DNA from: an uncultured archaeon
Lineage (GTDB): Archaea; Asgardarchaeota; Lokiarchaeia; Sigyniarchaeales; SOKP01
Assembly: GCA_964583985.1 (NCBI GenBank)
Contig: CAZOYD010000009.1
Coordinates: 12,272 to 76,271 of the forward strand
Direction of reading: 5' to 3'
DNA: 64,000 bases
The notes beneath the pieces were generated by a model. The model saw nothing but the letters and a program-made list of their open reading frames with translations, searched no databases and had not been told where the DNA came from. The position numbers and the translations under genes were made by a program. Of the stretch, positions 48,439 to 58,817 are shown piece after piece. How positions within the stretch are numbered: the first letter of the stretch is position 1; every line of letters begins with the position of its first letter.

Positions 48439-50814
48439 TCATAGCTTTATTGACCGTGCAATAACACCTTTGAATTTTTCCACATCTTGTACAAGCCGGT
48501 CGGCATCATCTTCGCTGATTTTATCATCCTTTCCGTATTTATTGAGTTGAGTTAGCCAAAATTCAATCCGCCCAAGAATAGCCTCATTATCACCTAATAA
48601 TTTCCGCAAACGGACGAAAGTATCATGCATTTTATTTCTAATATTTTGGGCTTTCCACCTTAACATAGAATAGTCACTAATCTCTGCTAAATTTTGGGTT
48701 ATTGCCATAACATCAATAGTTTTCTCGCGCTCCTCGCTCTTGATTTTTCTGATGATGTTAATTTCTTCGAATAAGAGTTCAATTATACGAGCTAAAAAAC
48801 CCGTCAACTGTCCTGCATTTCCACACCATACTCGAACTTCTAAAGATTGACTGCTTTCTGACACGTAGACGCGTGTGATGATTCTCCCGCCCGTAATCTT
48901 CGCTTCTGCGCAAAACCAAGCTTCTGCTTCATACATTCCAGTTGTATCATTACCTTCGTGAGAGGTTACTGTGCTAGTCTCAAAATGCTTTAAAGTCCTG
49001 ATGGCGGCTCTGAAAGTCAATCGGGGATCTAAATCAGCGATTAAAAATGCGCGGGCATCATTTGGTAGCGTTTGTATCGCTACTTGGCAATCCTCGATAT
49101 TTGATAAATTTGTGCAGACCAATGGGCATTTAATTTGAACCTCTTTCTTTTTTATATTGATAGTGTGTTTTTTACCAGTTGCATCCTTGTAAATCACGGT
49201 TCCACCAACATTTGAAGCTCCACAGGATTTAGGTTCTAAATAAAAATCAACACCTCTACTCGATTTACTTTCTATAACGGGTATACTGAAAAGAGGTTGC
49301 TTCATTTTGAAGCTAGAAGGCGCATCTAATATGACTTTTACATTGTTGATCGCCATATTACTCTTATTGCGAACAGCTACCTTCATATGAACTTGTCCTC
49401 CTTCAAAATCGTAATCCCTAACAACCTCAATTTTACCTTCATCGATAGGTTCGATATCTCCCGGTGTTTTAGGCGGGCTTTCAGCCCCACCAGATCGAGG
49501 GACGCTATAAGCAACAAATAATCGTTTATGCAAGTCAATATACCCATCTATATCCCCTCGACTGATTAATTGAGCTAAATTTTCTTCAATGCTAGATTCG
49601 GTTACTCCCAACCTATTTGATAATTCTCTCAAGGGCATGGTTCTATATGCTCTTGCGAGTTCTTTTATCTTGTCTTCAAGATATTTTCGGGTCATGAATT
49701 CCCTTCTCTGAGTAAAGATGCCTTTTATTGACCCTGCTTTAATCAATTCATGAAGGCTTTTTCGAGCTAATTCTACAGCAATTTTTAGATTTTCAGCTAA
49801 TTTCGATAATTCAAATAATCCCGTTTCCTTTGAAAAAGCTTTAATTTCATTATAAATCTGTCCAGAAGTGATAATTTCATTTCCTCTTTCAGCAAAAAAG
49901 GAATTTATTGCTCCAGTCCTCATTATATTTACACAAAATGATTTAGTTAATTCCTTTGGGATGTCAAATAGCTTTGATAATTGTGATAATGAAATCCGTC
50001 CTTTTTCTTTAATTTCCTTTATTAAATTATCCATGATGTATTTCTGGGTATAATAAAAGCTTTTATCTTGTGAAAACGAGCCTCTGATCTGATATTGATT
50101 TATAATTTTATAAATGACTTTCATTACAATATCAGAATTCATGTCTAACATGATACCTAAATCTTTAATATTGATCTTTCCTTCATCTTGGATTTTGGAT
50201 AATATTTGTTCCCGAATCTCGTCCGAAATATAATAGAACATCTGCGTTTTCTGATCAATAATCCCATAAATTCTTTCTTCATTAATATATTGGTTAATCA
50301 ATTTTACTACCTGGTTTGCAGGAATATTAAATGAATCCATAATTGTAGAAAAATTGGTAATATGTGCTCTTTTCAACAAATCAAGAAAGCATTCGGGACA
50401 TATTTCTTTTCCAACATTTTTTTTCAAGTTCCTGCGACAAAGTTCTAACCGATATCCTTTTATTAATTTATTTTTCGCAGCCTCACGCGCTAATTGTTCT
50501 TTTGTGGGAAAAAATAAGCCAGGTGTTTTTAAATAAGAATTCCAGCCACAAGATTCATCAGTACATTCTAAATAATACTGTCCCGATGATAATCTCTCCA
50601 AACGTAGGAGTTTATCGCATTCTGGACATCTGCTATTTTCGATTATCGTACATCGATAGAATTTTTCTGCCGCACTAGCTTTTGAATAGATATGATCGTG
50701 TTTTTTACAAATCCATTCTTCAGTGCTTGCCATGTGATTGATGCAAAAGCTTGAATTGCATTTTTCACAAGTGAATGTAATCTTTTGGCTTTCGCAGAAC
50801 TTGCAATTTGGCAT
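48439..50814 (-). CDS. Zn-finger + five winged-helix (PCI/UFL1-like) + adaptin-appendage-like protein
   Basis: CxxC..CxxC..FCxxH, Zn ribbon, 5 wH repeats (last YRTMPLRELSNRL..LISRGDIDGYID), beta-sandwich + platform-like C-terminus. Confidence 0.6.
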   Translation of the reverse strand: MPNCKFCESQKITFTCEKCNSSFCINHMASTEEWICKKHDHIYSKASAAEKFYRCTIIENSRCPECDKLLRLERLSSGQYYLECTDESCGWNSYLKTPGLFFPTKEQLAREAAKNKLIKGYRLELCRRNLKKNVGKEICPECFLDLLKRAHITNFSTIMDSFNIPANQVVKLINQYINEERIYGIIDQKTQMFYYISDEIREQILSKIQDEGKINIKDLGIMLDMNSDIVMKVIYKIINQYQIRGSFSQDKSFYYTQKYIMDNLIKEIKEKGRISLSQLSKLFDIPKELTKSFCVNIMRTGAINSFFAERGNEIITSGQIYNEIKAFSKETGLFELSKLAENLKIAVELARKSLHELIKAGSIKGIFTQRREFMTRKYLEDKIKELARAYRTMPLRELSNRLGVTESSIEENLAQLISRGDIDGYIDLHKRLFVAYSVPRSGGAESPPKTPGDIEPIDEGKIEVVRDYDFEGGQVHMKVAVRNKSNMAINNVKVILDAPSSFKMKQPLFSIPVIESKSSRGVDFYLEPKSCGASNVGGTVIYKDATGKKHTINIKKKEVQIKCPLVCTNLSNIEDCQVAIQTLPNDARAFLIADLDPRLTFRAAIRTLKHFETSTVTSHEGNDTTGMYEAEAWFCAEAKITGGRIITRVYVSESSQSLEVRVWCGNAGQLTGFLARIIELLFEEINIIRKIKSEEREKTIDVMAITQNLAEISDYSMLRWKAQNIRNKMHDTFVRLRKLLGDNEAILGRIEFWLTQLNKYGKDDKISEDDADRLVQDVEKFKGVIARSIKL

Positions 50815-50964
50815 TTGAACGTCTCCAAAAATGTTAATAGTTTTGATCTAGGTTATTAATATATAAAAAAATCCGATTATAAATAATTATTATAGTCCAT
50901 TTTTCCTTTTTCTTGAAAATGAATGGTAAGTAAATTTTTAAGTTTATCCTTATCATGTCTCATA

Positions 50965-51672
50965 TTAAATATTTTGTAAGGGAAAGACTGAAATCTGGAA
51001 AAATGATAAGATCATGACAACAGTGTTAAATACAACGATGATTAATATCATTAAAACAAAGACAGTATTTTTCCTGTTTATTTTTGTTTTTACTATTTGA
51101 GACGTTCCATACTGAGCTAAAGCAAGGGGAAATAATCCCACGAAAGTTCCTAAAGAAAAGTAAAATACCACCAATACTCCTTCAATAAATCCATATCCTA
51201 AAGAATACTGCAAGCATTGAGTATAGATAATAAGTTCGAAAATACAAGGTGCGAATCCTGCAATCATCCCAAATAAGTATGGTGTCTTGCTTTTTTCCCA
51301 ATCCAGTGTTCCAATATCCTTTGATTGCTTGGAATGAGGCATGTAATTTCTTGTCATTACAAAAAATAATAAGTAGATACCTGCAAACGTGGATACAAGT
51401 GCTCCGAAGAAATTGATAGCATAGGGGTTGAAAACTAAATGGGGAGCAATTAACCTCGGAATCACGCTAAGGAAAACAGTACCCATCGCAATTATAAGAT
51501 TGGCAGAAATTAATCCAAGCCCATAGAGAATTAAGATATTTACACTCCTTCTCGGTGTCTTCGAGATACCAAAAGACCAGAAACAAAATATGGCTTTGTC
51601 TTCGCACGGAATAACTGAATGGAGCAAGCCAAGTAGAAATGCTGGTAAAAAAATTATAAAATATTCGTACAT
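50965..51672 (-). CDS. UreH/NiCoT/DsbD-like membrane protein
   Basis: GLLHSVIPC, GMIAGFAPC, FSLGT; ~6 TM. Confidence 0.6.
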   Translation of the reverse strand: MYEYFIIFLPAFLLGLLHSVIPCEDKAIFCFWSFGISKTPRRSVNILILYGLGLISANLIIAMGTVFLSVIPRLIAPHLVFNPYAINFFGALVSTFAGIYLLFFVMTRNYMPHSKQSKDIGTLDWEKSKTPYLFGMIAGFAPCIFELIIYTQCLQYSLGYGFIEGVLVVFYFSLGTFVGLFPLALAQYGTSQIVKTKINRKNTVFVLMILIIVVFNTVVMILSFFQISVFPLQNI

Positions 51673-51736
51673 TATGGATTAATTTCTATCTTTTAATCAT
51701 GAATTCAAGTAAATTTAGAAACCTAATTATTTAATT

Positions 51737-53017
51737 TTAATTATTATTATTTCTAATCTTTCGGAGAATTATGATAATCCCATAAAAAGATAATATTAGG
51801 AATATAGTACTCGCAAAATTGAAAGGAAAGAACGCTTGAGTGATGAGAAATATCCCCATAAATATTATATCAAAGAAACTAAAGAAAAATATGCTAGATT
51901 TAATGTATTTTCTGGAAATTTCTGAATTTCTAGGTTGATCAAATAATATTATGGTCAAGAGTGGGGTCAAGATTAATAGATGATGATCCCAAGAATCAAA
52001 ATAAGTGAGAAGCATTACTAAAATACCTAAAGTGTATCCATAAATCACTACGTTGCGAGTTTTTTGTCGAAAAATGAACATGAAGAATCCCAGACCTCCT
52101 ATAATGAGCAAAATGGGGATAAAAACATAGATCTGATATCGAACAAGCAAGTTTGCGGGAACCCCAATGAAATATAAGAAATTTGTACCCAACTTGGTTA
52201 TGCTAAATGAATAATTGATCAGAGTATTCGTTTCTCCCGTAATATTTATTGCGATAAAATCTTGCAATAATGTAGGATAGATCATAAATACAATAGCATT
52301 AATTGCTAGGGGTAACAATATACCAATAGATCTGATGGTACTCCTTGAAAGTTCAAACTTGAACTTTTTTTCATTATAATTGTAATGACTTAGGATTAGA
52401 AAAGGAACCATGAAGATGATAATTGGTTTGAAAATTCCGCTAATCCCTAATATTAAACTTGCCAAAAACTGCATTTTCATTTGCTTTTTCTTCAAAAATA
52501 AATAAAGGGAAAAAATCGTGAAAAATGTGATATAGAGATTAATTTGTCCCAGGAAATAATTAAACAACTGAGGAAGACTCATTAAAAAGATACAGATATA
52601 CAAAATAATTCGATCATCGCCTTCCTCATGATCATCTCGGTATATCAACTTGATAATCTTATACAGATAAATTGAGATGAAAATATTCAAGATAAAATTT
52701 ATGAAATTAAAGATAATGAATCCTAGATTAAATCCCATCAAATAAAAGGGAATGAAGTAAAAGGCAGCTATGGGAAAATATCTAAATGGCCAGATATAGT
52801 TAGCAGGATTATACAATTCCATAAAATCGTTAAGAGCAATCTCACCTGCTCTATAATATACTAAAAAGTCATTTTGATTGCGGAAGAAAATAAGAGTTAA
52901 TGTTGTGGAAACAATGAAATAGAAAATTTGAATCATGATGGCATATTTAAATATTGGTATGCTCCAATACCTTCTCAATTTTTCCTTAATATTTTGTAAT
53001 AGATTATTATCGTTCAT
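51737..53017 (-). CDS. GT87-like (GT-C) polyprenyl-P-sugar glycosyltransferase
   Basis: DFLVYY, FRYFP, GQIN, FKP, SWDHH; multi-TM. Confidence 0.75.
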   Translation of the reverse strand: MNDNNLLQNIKEKLRRYWSIPIFKYAIMIQIFYFIVSTTLTLIFFRNQNDFLVYYRAGEIALNDFMELYNPANYIWPFRYFPIAAFYFIPFYLMGFNLGFIIFNFINFILNIFISIYLYKIIKLIYRDDHEEGDDRIILYICIFLMSLPQLFNYFLGQINLYITFFTIFSLYLFLKKKQMKMQFLASLILGISGIFKPIIIFMVPFLILSHYNYNEKKFKFELSRSTIRSIGILLPLAINAIVFMIYPTLLQDFIAINITGETNTLINYSFSITKLGTNFLYFIGVPANLLVRYQIYVFIPILLIIGGLGFFMFIFRQKTRNVVIYGYTLGILVMLLTYFDSWDHHLLILTPLLTIILFDQPRNSEISRKYIKSSIFFFSFFDIIFMGIFLITQAFFPFNFASTIFLILSFYGIIIILRKIRNNNN

Positions 53018-53040
53018 CGATATGATCTTCTCACATTTTT

Positions 53041-54129
53041 CTATTTATTTCTCTTATGATCCCATATTTTTTTAACTTTAATTGCCGTATTATATAAATT
53101 CTCGATTTTTTCACCAATTTTATCAAAATCATGTAGTTCTATCGCATCATTACATGCATTTTCAACGATTTTTTTTTTAAAATCTGAATTTGAGACTATT
53201 TTATTTATACCATCAACAAATTCAGCAACAGTTTTAGCTTTATAACAGGAATGTTCATGAGTAACCCAATCAAATGCTGATAAATCTCTGGCAACAACGG
53301 GTAATTTACAAATTGCGGCTTCAATTATTGGAATTCCTTGATTCTCCACCCAAGAAGTATTTAAAAATATGTCAGCTCCATAATATGCCTCCCGTATGTC
53401 ATCATAAAACCCTGTAAATATCACGTTATTGAGTTTTAGGACTTCATCAATCTCGGGATTTTTATTTATTGGTCCAACCCATACAAAATAATAATCGGGA
53501 AATTTCTCCGCTATCTCTCCAAATGTCTTCACACCTTTCTTCTTCCAACTTAACCCCACGTTTATAATGACTATAGCATCTTCAGGAACAGCATATTTTT
53601 GAGAGAGAAATCTTCTAAAATTGATTCTATATTTATTATCTTCCTTGAATTCTTCAAAACATATTCCATTACTTACAACATGTATGGGATAAGTCATGGA
53701 AGTTTGAATATTTATTAAACACTCTTTAGAAAATTCACTGGGCGTAATTAATAAGTGTGCTTGACCATACAAAAGTTTTAGCCAGTATTTAAAAATCGAG
53801 TTAAAAATTGGTTTATCTGGTACAAAATTTCCTGCTAAATCTTCTACTGTTGTATGACCATGAATAACTACAGCGGCAGATTTGTACTTTTTCTTATACT
53901 TGCTAATTTGAAAAAAGGTAATCGGATCAAAAGTGGAGGCTGCTATGAGATCGATTTGTTGTTTATCTGCCCAATAGGGTTTTGCCTCTCTATTTAATAC
54001 CCAGATGTTATGTCCTTTTTGACGAAGATCATGGATTATATCATTAGTATTAGTTTCAATTCCACCTATCGTCTTAACACTTGTTAATTTTTTAAATAGT
54101 TTGAAATTTTCAATAAAAAGAATGTTCAT
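53041..54129 (-). CDS. GT4 glycosyltransferase (glycolipid synthase-like)
   Basis: GGIET, HGHTTVEDL, VSNGI, KKG, ENQGIPIIEA. Confidence 0.85.
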   Translation of the reverse strand: MNILFIENFKLFKKLTSVKTIGGIETNTNDIIHDLRQKGHNIWVLNREAKPYWADKQQIDLIAASTFDPITFFQISKYKKKYKSAAVVIHGHTTVEDLAGNFVPDKPIFNSIFKYWLKLLYGQAHLLITPSEFSKECLINIQTSMTYPIHVVSNGICFEEFKEDNKYRINFRRFLSQKYAVPEDAIVIINVGLSWKKKGVKTFGEIAEKFPDYYFVWVGPINKNPEIDEVLKLNNVIFTGFYDDIREAYYGADIFLNTSWVENQGIPIIEAAICKLPVVARDLSAFDWVTHEHSCYKAKTVAEFVDGINKIVSNSDFKKKIVENACNDAIELHDFDKIGEKIENLYNTAIKVKKIWDHKRNK

Positions 54130-54242
54130 ATCTTTTATTATTATTAATTGGAAAAAAAATTAACTAATCATATAATGTATTTAAACAAACCATTTAGCAA
54201 CTACTTCCCAAATTTTTTATTCCAACCAATATAACAATAGAT

Positions 54243-54896
54243 GTGAGTAATAGCAAATTTGAAAGGGAATATTTTGAAGGAGAGGATTCTCACTTCTCAA
54301 AATCACTAGGGTATGATGTCCTAGTAAAATTAAATCTATGGCGCTCAAAAAAGTACAAAAAAAAAATAAAACTTCATTCGACGTTTCATAAAACGCTATT
54401 AGATATCGGTTGCGGATATGGTCATTTCTTGGACATTCTAAAAGATGATTTTACCATTTATGGAATGGACATATCTAATCATGCCATAAGGGTGTCTAAG
54501 AAACGGGTGGATTGCGAATATACGCAAGGAAATTTGGAGGATACTATCCCTTTTGATATGAAATTTGATATCATTACTGCTATATCTGTTGTCGAACATT
54601 TAGAAGATCCAACAAGAGCTTTAAACCACATACATGCGCAATTAACCGATGGTGGTTTGTTTTGTTTAGAAATTCCTACTGTAAGCGGAAAAATAAGCAA
54701 AATAGTATATGACTTGTTTTTTGCTTCAGATAAAACACACGTTTTTATTAAATCGGTTGATGAAATTGAAGCTCTGATTGGTTTATGTGGGTTTAAAAAA
54801 TTGGCAATGTACAGCTCTTTATTACCAATCTTTACACAACGAAGGAATTGGGTTGAAAATTTTAGTTTTATTTTTGGTGTCTTTGAAAAAATTTAA
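54243..54896 (+). CDS. Class I SAM-dependent methyltransferase
   Basis: LLDIGCGYG, GMDIS, VVEHLEDP. Confidence 0.85.
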   Translation: MSNSKFEREYFEGEDSHFSKSLGYDVLVKLNLWRSKKYKKKIKLHSTFHKTLLDIGCGYGHFLDILKDDFTIYGMDISNHAIRVSKKRVDCEYTQGNLEDTIPFDMKFDIITAISVVEHLEDPTRALNHIHAQLTDGGLFCLEIPTVSGKISKIVYDLFFASDKTHVFIKSVDEIEALIGLCGFKKLAMYSSLLPIFTQRRNWVENFSFIFGVFEKI

Positions 54897-54908
54897 TGGT
54901 AAATTCTT

Positions 54909-55799
54909 ATGGATCCAATCATCTATTGGCTGGGCGTGTTATTGGCAATTTTAGGTGGATTTTCGCATTATTCGGGATTAATCATTGAGAAATATGTCAT
55001 CAACAAAATGCCAGCTGAACTAAAATTGATGAAAACTCTCATCAGAAAACCATTATGGATTTTCGCAATATTTGTTAGGTTTGGTATTGGTTCCCTCTTA
55101 TTTATTTTTGCACAAATAATCATTGGACCTGCAATAACTCCTGGATTAATGGCTTCTGGATTAATCATTTTAGCAATTGGATCCATTAAAATTCTTGGTG
55201 AAAAACTCAATTACAAGGAAATTGTTGCCATATTCATAATGATCTTGGCTATATCATTCATTGGACTGAGCGGTCTCTCAATTGAAATAAGCGAAGAAAA
55301 TCTATTAGATGCAGCATTTTTAATCAGGATGTTTACATCAACAAGTATTTTAGTATTAGTTGCGATAATCTTCCAAATAATTCAAGAAAAAATACCCCGT
55401 TTTAAAGTGATTCTGTTGGCATTGATATCTGGGTTAATGTTATCATTGAATAACTTTTGGATAGCACCTTTCATTTGGGCAGTGATTCACATGTTCGGAA
55501 ATTCCTTTTTTATCGAAACCTTTCTTTTATTTCTCGTATCTTCCGTGATATTAATAACAGCTAATATTTTTGGCGTTGTCAAAATGTCACAAGCTTTTAG
55601 AAGTGGAAAGGCAAGTTTTCTTGCTCCGATTCAAAATGTTCCAGTTCAATTGACACCTTCAATCCTCTATTTCTTTGTGTTTTTGATGACAATTTCGACA
55701 ATAATATCAATCCTGTTGTTTATTCTTGGAATTGCTCTCATCATTTCAAGTTCTTTTATCTTAGGAAAAAGGCAAGCAGAAATTGAGCAAATTAGTTAA
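54909..55799 (+). CDS. DMT-superfamily (NIPA-like) transporter
   Basis: ~9 TM, RKPLW, LGEKL. Confidence 0.6.
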   Translation: MDPIIYWLGVLLAILGGFSHYSGLIIEKYVINKMPAELKLMKTLIRKPLWIFAIFVRFGIGSLLFIFAQIIIGPAITPGLMASGLIILAIGSIKILGEKLNYKEIVAIFIMILAISFIGLSGLSIEISEENLLDAAFLIRMFTSTSILVLVAIIFQIIQEKIPRFKVILLALISGLMLSLNNFWIAPFIWAVIHMFGNSFFIETFLLFLVSSVILITANIFGVVKMSQAFRSGKASFLAPIQNVPVQLTPSILYFFVFLMTISTIISILLFILGIALIISSSFILGKRQAEIEQIS

Positions 55800-56014
55800 A
55801 TGCAGTAAAAAAATTTGGACTGGCAAATTTTATATTAATTTATCTCAAAAATAATCCTGATCTCATAATAGAGAATATTTGATATAATCTTTCACGTGAA
55901 ATTTGAAAGAAATACATATCCTAATAAACTACAAAATCTAGATAATTTATTAATCAATTAACTAATTAATTAAAAATATATTTAAACAAAATGGACAGAG
56001 GGTAACAATATTCA

Positions 56015-57280
56015 ATGATAAAAGAACGAATATATTTGAAAATTTCCAATACCAAACTAATAAGTTTCAAGAAGCTCGAGGATGGTGAAATTATAGGCAC
56101 GGGTATTTTAAATCCAATCCTTGAGAAATTACGTCTATTCGCGATGCTCTATTTGCAAGCAGGGTTTTATAGGAAATATAACAATCTTGGAAGATGGAAT
56201 GGAAAATTGGTGGCTAACACTTTTGCTCCTCCTGTTGGAAGTCGTCCTCAGCTCCGGGCGTTCATAGGGTTAATAAAGTCGCACATTTTAGGACATCCTT
56301 CTCCTATTGCAATGACTTTTGCTGTAACATATAGATGCATGTGTAAATGTGTACATTGTAGTGCTGGGAAACATTTTAAAGAAGATGTAGCGGAACTGAG
56401 CACGGAAGAAGCAAAAAAGCTCATCGATGATAGTCAAAAATTGGGCGTTACGATTATCGCTTTTACTGGAGGAGAACCTTTACTAAGAGAGGATCTTTTT
56501 GAATTAATTTCTCATGTAAACAAAAAAAAGGCAATGCCCATCATGTTTACTAATGGATTGTTACTTACCGATGAAAACGTGCAAAAGTTAGTCGATGCAG
56601 GTCTTTATTCGATTTTTGTCAGTATTGATAGTCCAATTCCAGAAGAGCACGATAGTCTGAGAGGTTGGCCTGGACTTTTTGACACTGCCTTAAAAGGAAT
56701 CCAAAAATTAAAATCAAAAGGCATATTCGTAGGTCTTTCTTCTTATGCCACACGCTCGGCTACCGAAAAAGGGATGTATAAAAAGTTGCATGATCTAGCA
56801 AAAGAAATAGGAGTTCATAATGTGATTCTTTTTGATGGTGTACCTACAGGTAACATGTTAAAGGACACGAGTGAACTTTTAACTCAAGAACAGCGAGAAG
56901 AAATATATGTTTATTCCTCTAAGTTATTTGAACATAGCGTCATACCTCCTCTTTCATCTCAATCGTGGCAAAATTCTGTCGAAGGTAATTTATCAGGGAT
57001 AGGTTGTCTCGCAGGAAATATACAATTCTACGCATCAGCCTATGGAGATATTGCGCCTTGTGATTTTACGCCCCTTTCTTTTGGTAATATCCGAGAGCAA
57101 CCTTTAAAGAAAATTTGGAAATCAATGATCTATCATCCAGCATATAATCATAGAAGCACATTCTGCAGGATGCAAAATCCTCAATTCCGCCGATTCTACA
57201 TTGATCCTATACCAGATGAAGCTAAACTTCCTTATCCAATCGAAAAACTCCCTCGTGTAGATTATACAATCTCCTCGTGA
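56015..57280 (+). CDS. Radical SAM/SPASM-twitch protein
   Basis: CMCKCVHC, TGGEP, GCLAG...PCDF...GNI. Confidence 0.85.
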   Translation: MIKERIYLKISNTKLISFKKLEDGEIIGTGILNPILEKLRLFAMLYLQAGFYRKYNNLGRWNGKLVANTFAPPVGSRPQLRAFIGLIKSHILGHPSPIAMTFAVTYRCMCKCVHCSAGKHFKEDVAELSTEEAKKLIDDSQKLGVTIIAFTGGEPLLREDLFELISHVNKKKAMPIMFTNGLLLTDENVQKLVDAGLYSIFVSIDSPIPEEHDSLRGWPGLFDTALKGIQKLKSKGIFVGLSSYATRSATEKGMYKKLHDLAKEIGVHNVILFDGVPTGNMLKDTSELLTQEQREEIYVYSSKLFEHSVIPPLSSQSWQNSVEGNLSGIGCLAGNIQFYASAYGDIAPCDFTPLSFGNIREQPLKKIWKSMIYHPAYNHRSTFCRMQNPQFRRFYIDPIPDEAKLPYPIEKLPRVDYTISS

Positions 57281-57366
57281 TTTAAAGAAGCATTCTCTCA
57301 TTGAAGAAATTTTTCTTTTGGATTGAAAGAAATAAGCTTTTTAATTTTAAAAATTTGAAAATACTT

Positions 57367-58809
57367 ATGTCCTTCATTGATAAACGAGATAAATTAGAAA
57401 AAATTACGTTTGGAATTATAGTTGGGAATCGAGATGTGTTTCCTGACACGTTAGCAAGGCAAGGGAGAATCGAAATAATCGAATTAATGGAAAATTTAGG
57501 CTATAATTATGTTATTTTGAGTGAAAATGATACTAAGTTTGGAGTTGTCGAAACGCACTCAGATGCTAAAAAGTGTGCGGAGCTTTTCAAACGAAATCGA
57601 GATAAAATTGGGGGCGTTATTACTTGTCTTCCTAATTTTGGTGATGAAAAAGCCTTAGCAACAACTCTAAGATTAGCAAATCTTGACGTGCCCGTTTTAG
57701 TGCAAGCTTCATCAGATGAGATCGATAAAATGGGTCGAAAGTACAGAAGAGACGCATTTTGTGGCAAAATTTCTGCCTGTAGTGTTTTATATCAATACGG
57801 AATTCCTTTTAGCCTCACGAGTTCTCATACTTGCCCCATAAAGTCAGAAATTTTTAAGAAAGACTTATCACGTTTCGAAAAAGTGTGTCTTATAGTAAAT
57901 AAACTCAAAAACGTGCGATTTGGCCAAATAGGAACACGACCTAATGCTTTTGAAACTGTTCGTTATAGTGAAAAAATTTTAGAATTTAATGGTATTACGA
58001 TTGAACCAATTGATTTGTCTGAAATCTTTGGGATGATTAATCGCTTAAAAGATGATGATCCAAAAATCCAAGATAAGATACAATTTATAAGAAATTACAC
58101 TTCTACAACGATTTTCCTTGAAGATGGATTGCTCAAATTGGCAAAACTTGCCGTTGTTGTTGAAAATTGGGTTGTAGAGAATGACCTTGATGGTTTTGCC
58201 TTTCAGTGCTGGCCTTCGATACAGGACAATTTCGGAATCGTCCCATGTGCGGTCATGTCAATGTTTAGTGAGGGATTGGTTCCTGCGGCATGCGAAGTTG
58301 ATGTTTCTGGTTTGATTGGGATGTACATCTTGCAAGTAGCATCCGAGACTCCTTCTGCAATATTAGATTGGAATAATAATTATGGAGAGGAACCAGATAA
58401 AATGGTTTTGTTCCATTGTAGCAACCTTCCTAAATCATTCTTTAAAGACACTCGCATGACCATACATCCTATAATTTCTGATCAAAAAGGAGCAGAGGAA
58501 ACTTTTGGTGCGATTCAAGGGAGGATAAAATCAAAGCCTTGCACCCTATTGAGAATAGAAACTGATGACTTGTATGGAGAAGTCAAAGTATTATTAGCAG
58601 AAGGGAATTATACTGATGATCCTTTAGAAACCTTCGGAGGTTTCGGTGTTGTGGAAATACCTCGTTTACAATCCTTGTTAAAAACATTATGTAGAGAAGG
58701 ATTTGCCCATCACGTAGCTGCTACATTAAATGAAGTAGGAGATATTGTATATGAAGCACTTTTTCATTACTTGGATTGGAACGTGATTTACCATAATAAA
58801 TATGAGTAA
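57367..58809 (+). CDS. L-fucose/L-arabinose isomerase family protein
   Basis: NFGDE, RDAFCG, QCWP, ACEVD, FHCSN, GFAHH; start ATG 57367 preferred. Confidence 0.85.
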   Translation: MSFIDKRDKLEKITFGIIVGNRDVFPDTLARQGRIEIIELMENLGYNYVILSENDTKFGVVETHSDAKKCAELFKRNRDKIGGVITCLPNFGDEKALATTLRLANLDVPVLVQASSDEIDKMGRKYRRDAFCGKISACSVLYQYGIPFSLTSSHTCPIKSEIFKKDLSRFEKVCLIVNKLKNVRFGQIGTRPNAFETVRYSEKILEFNGITIEPIDLSEIFGMINRLKDDDPKIQDKIQFIRNYTSTTIFLEDGLLKLAKLAVVVENWVVENDLDGFAFQCWPSIQDNFGIVPCAVMSMFSEGLVPAACEVDVSGLIGMYILQVASETPSAILDWNNNYGEEPDKMVLFHCSNLPKSFFKDTRMTIHPIISDQKGAEETFGAIQGRIKSKPCTLLRIETDDLYGEVKVLLAEGNYTDDPLETFGGFGVVEIPRLQSLLKTLCREGFAHHVAATLNEVGDIVYEALFHYLDWNVIYHNKYE

Positions 58810-58817
58810 TTCACCAT

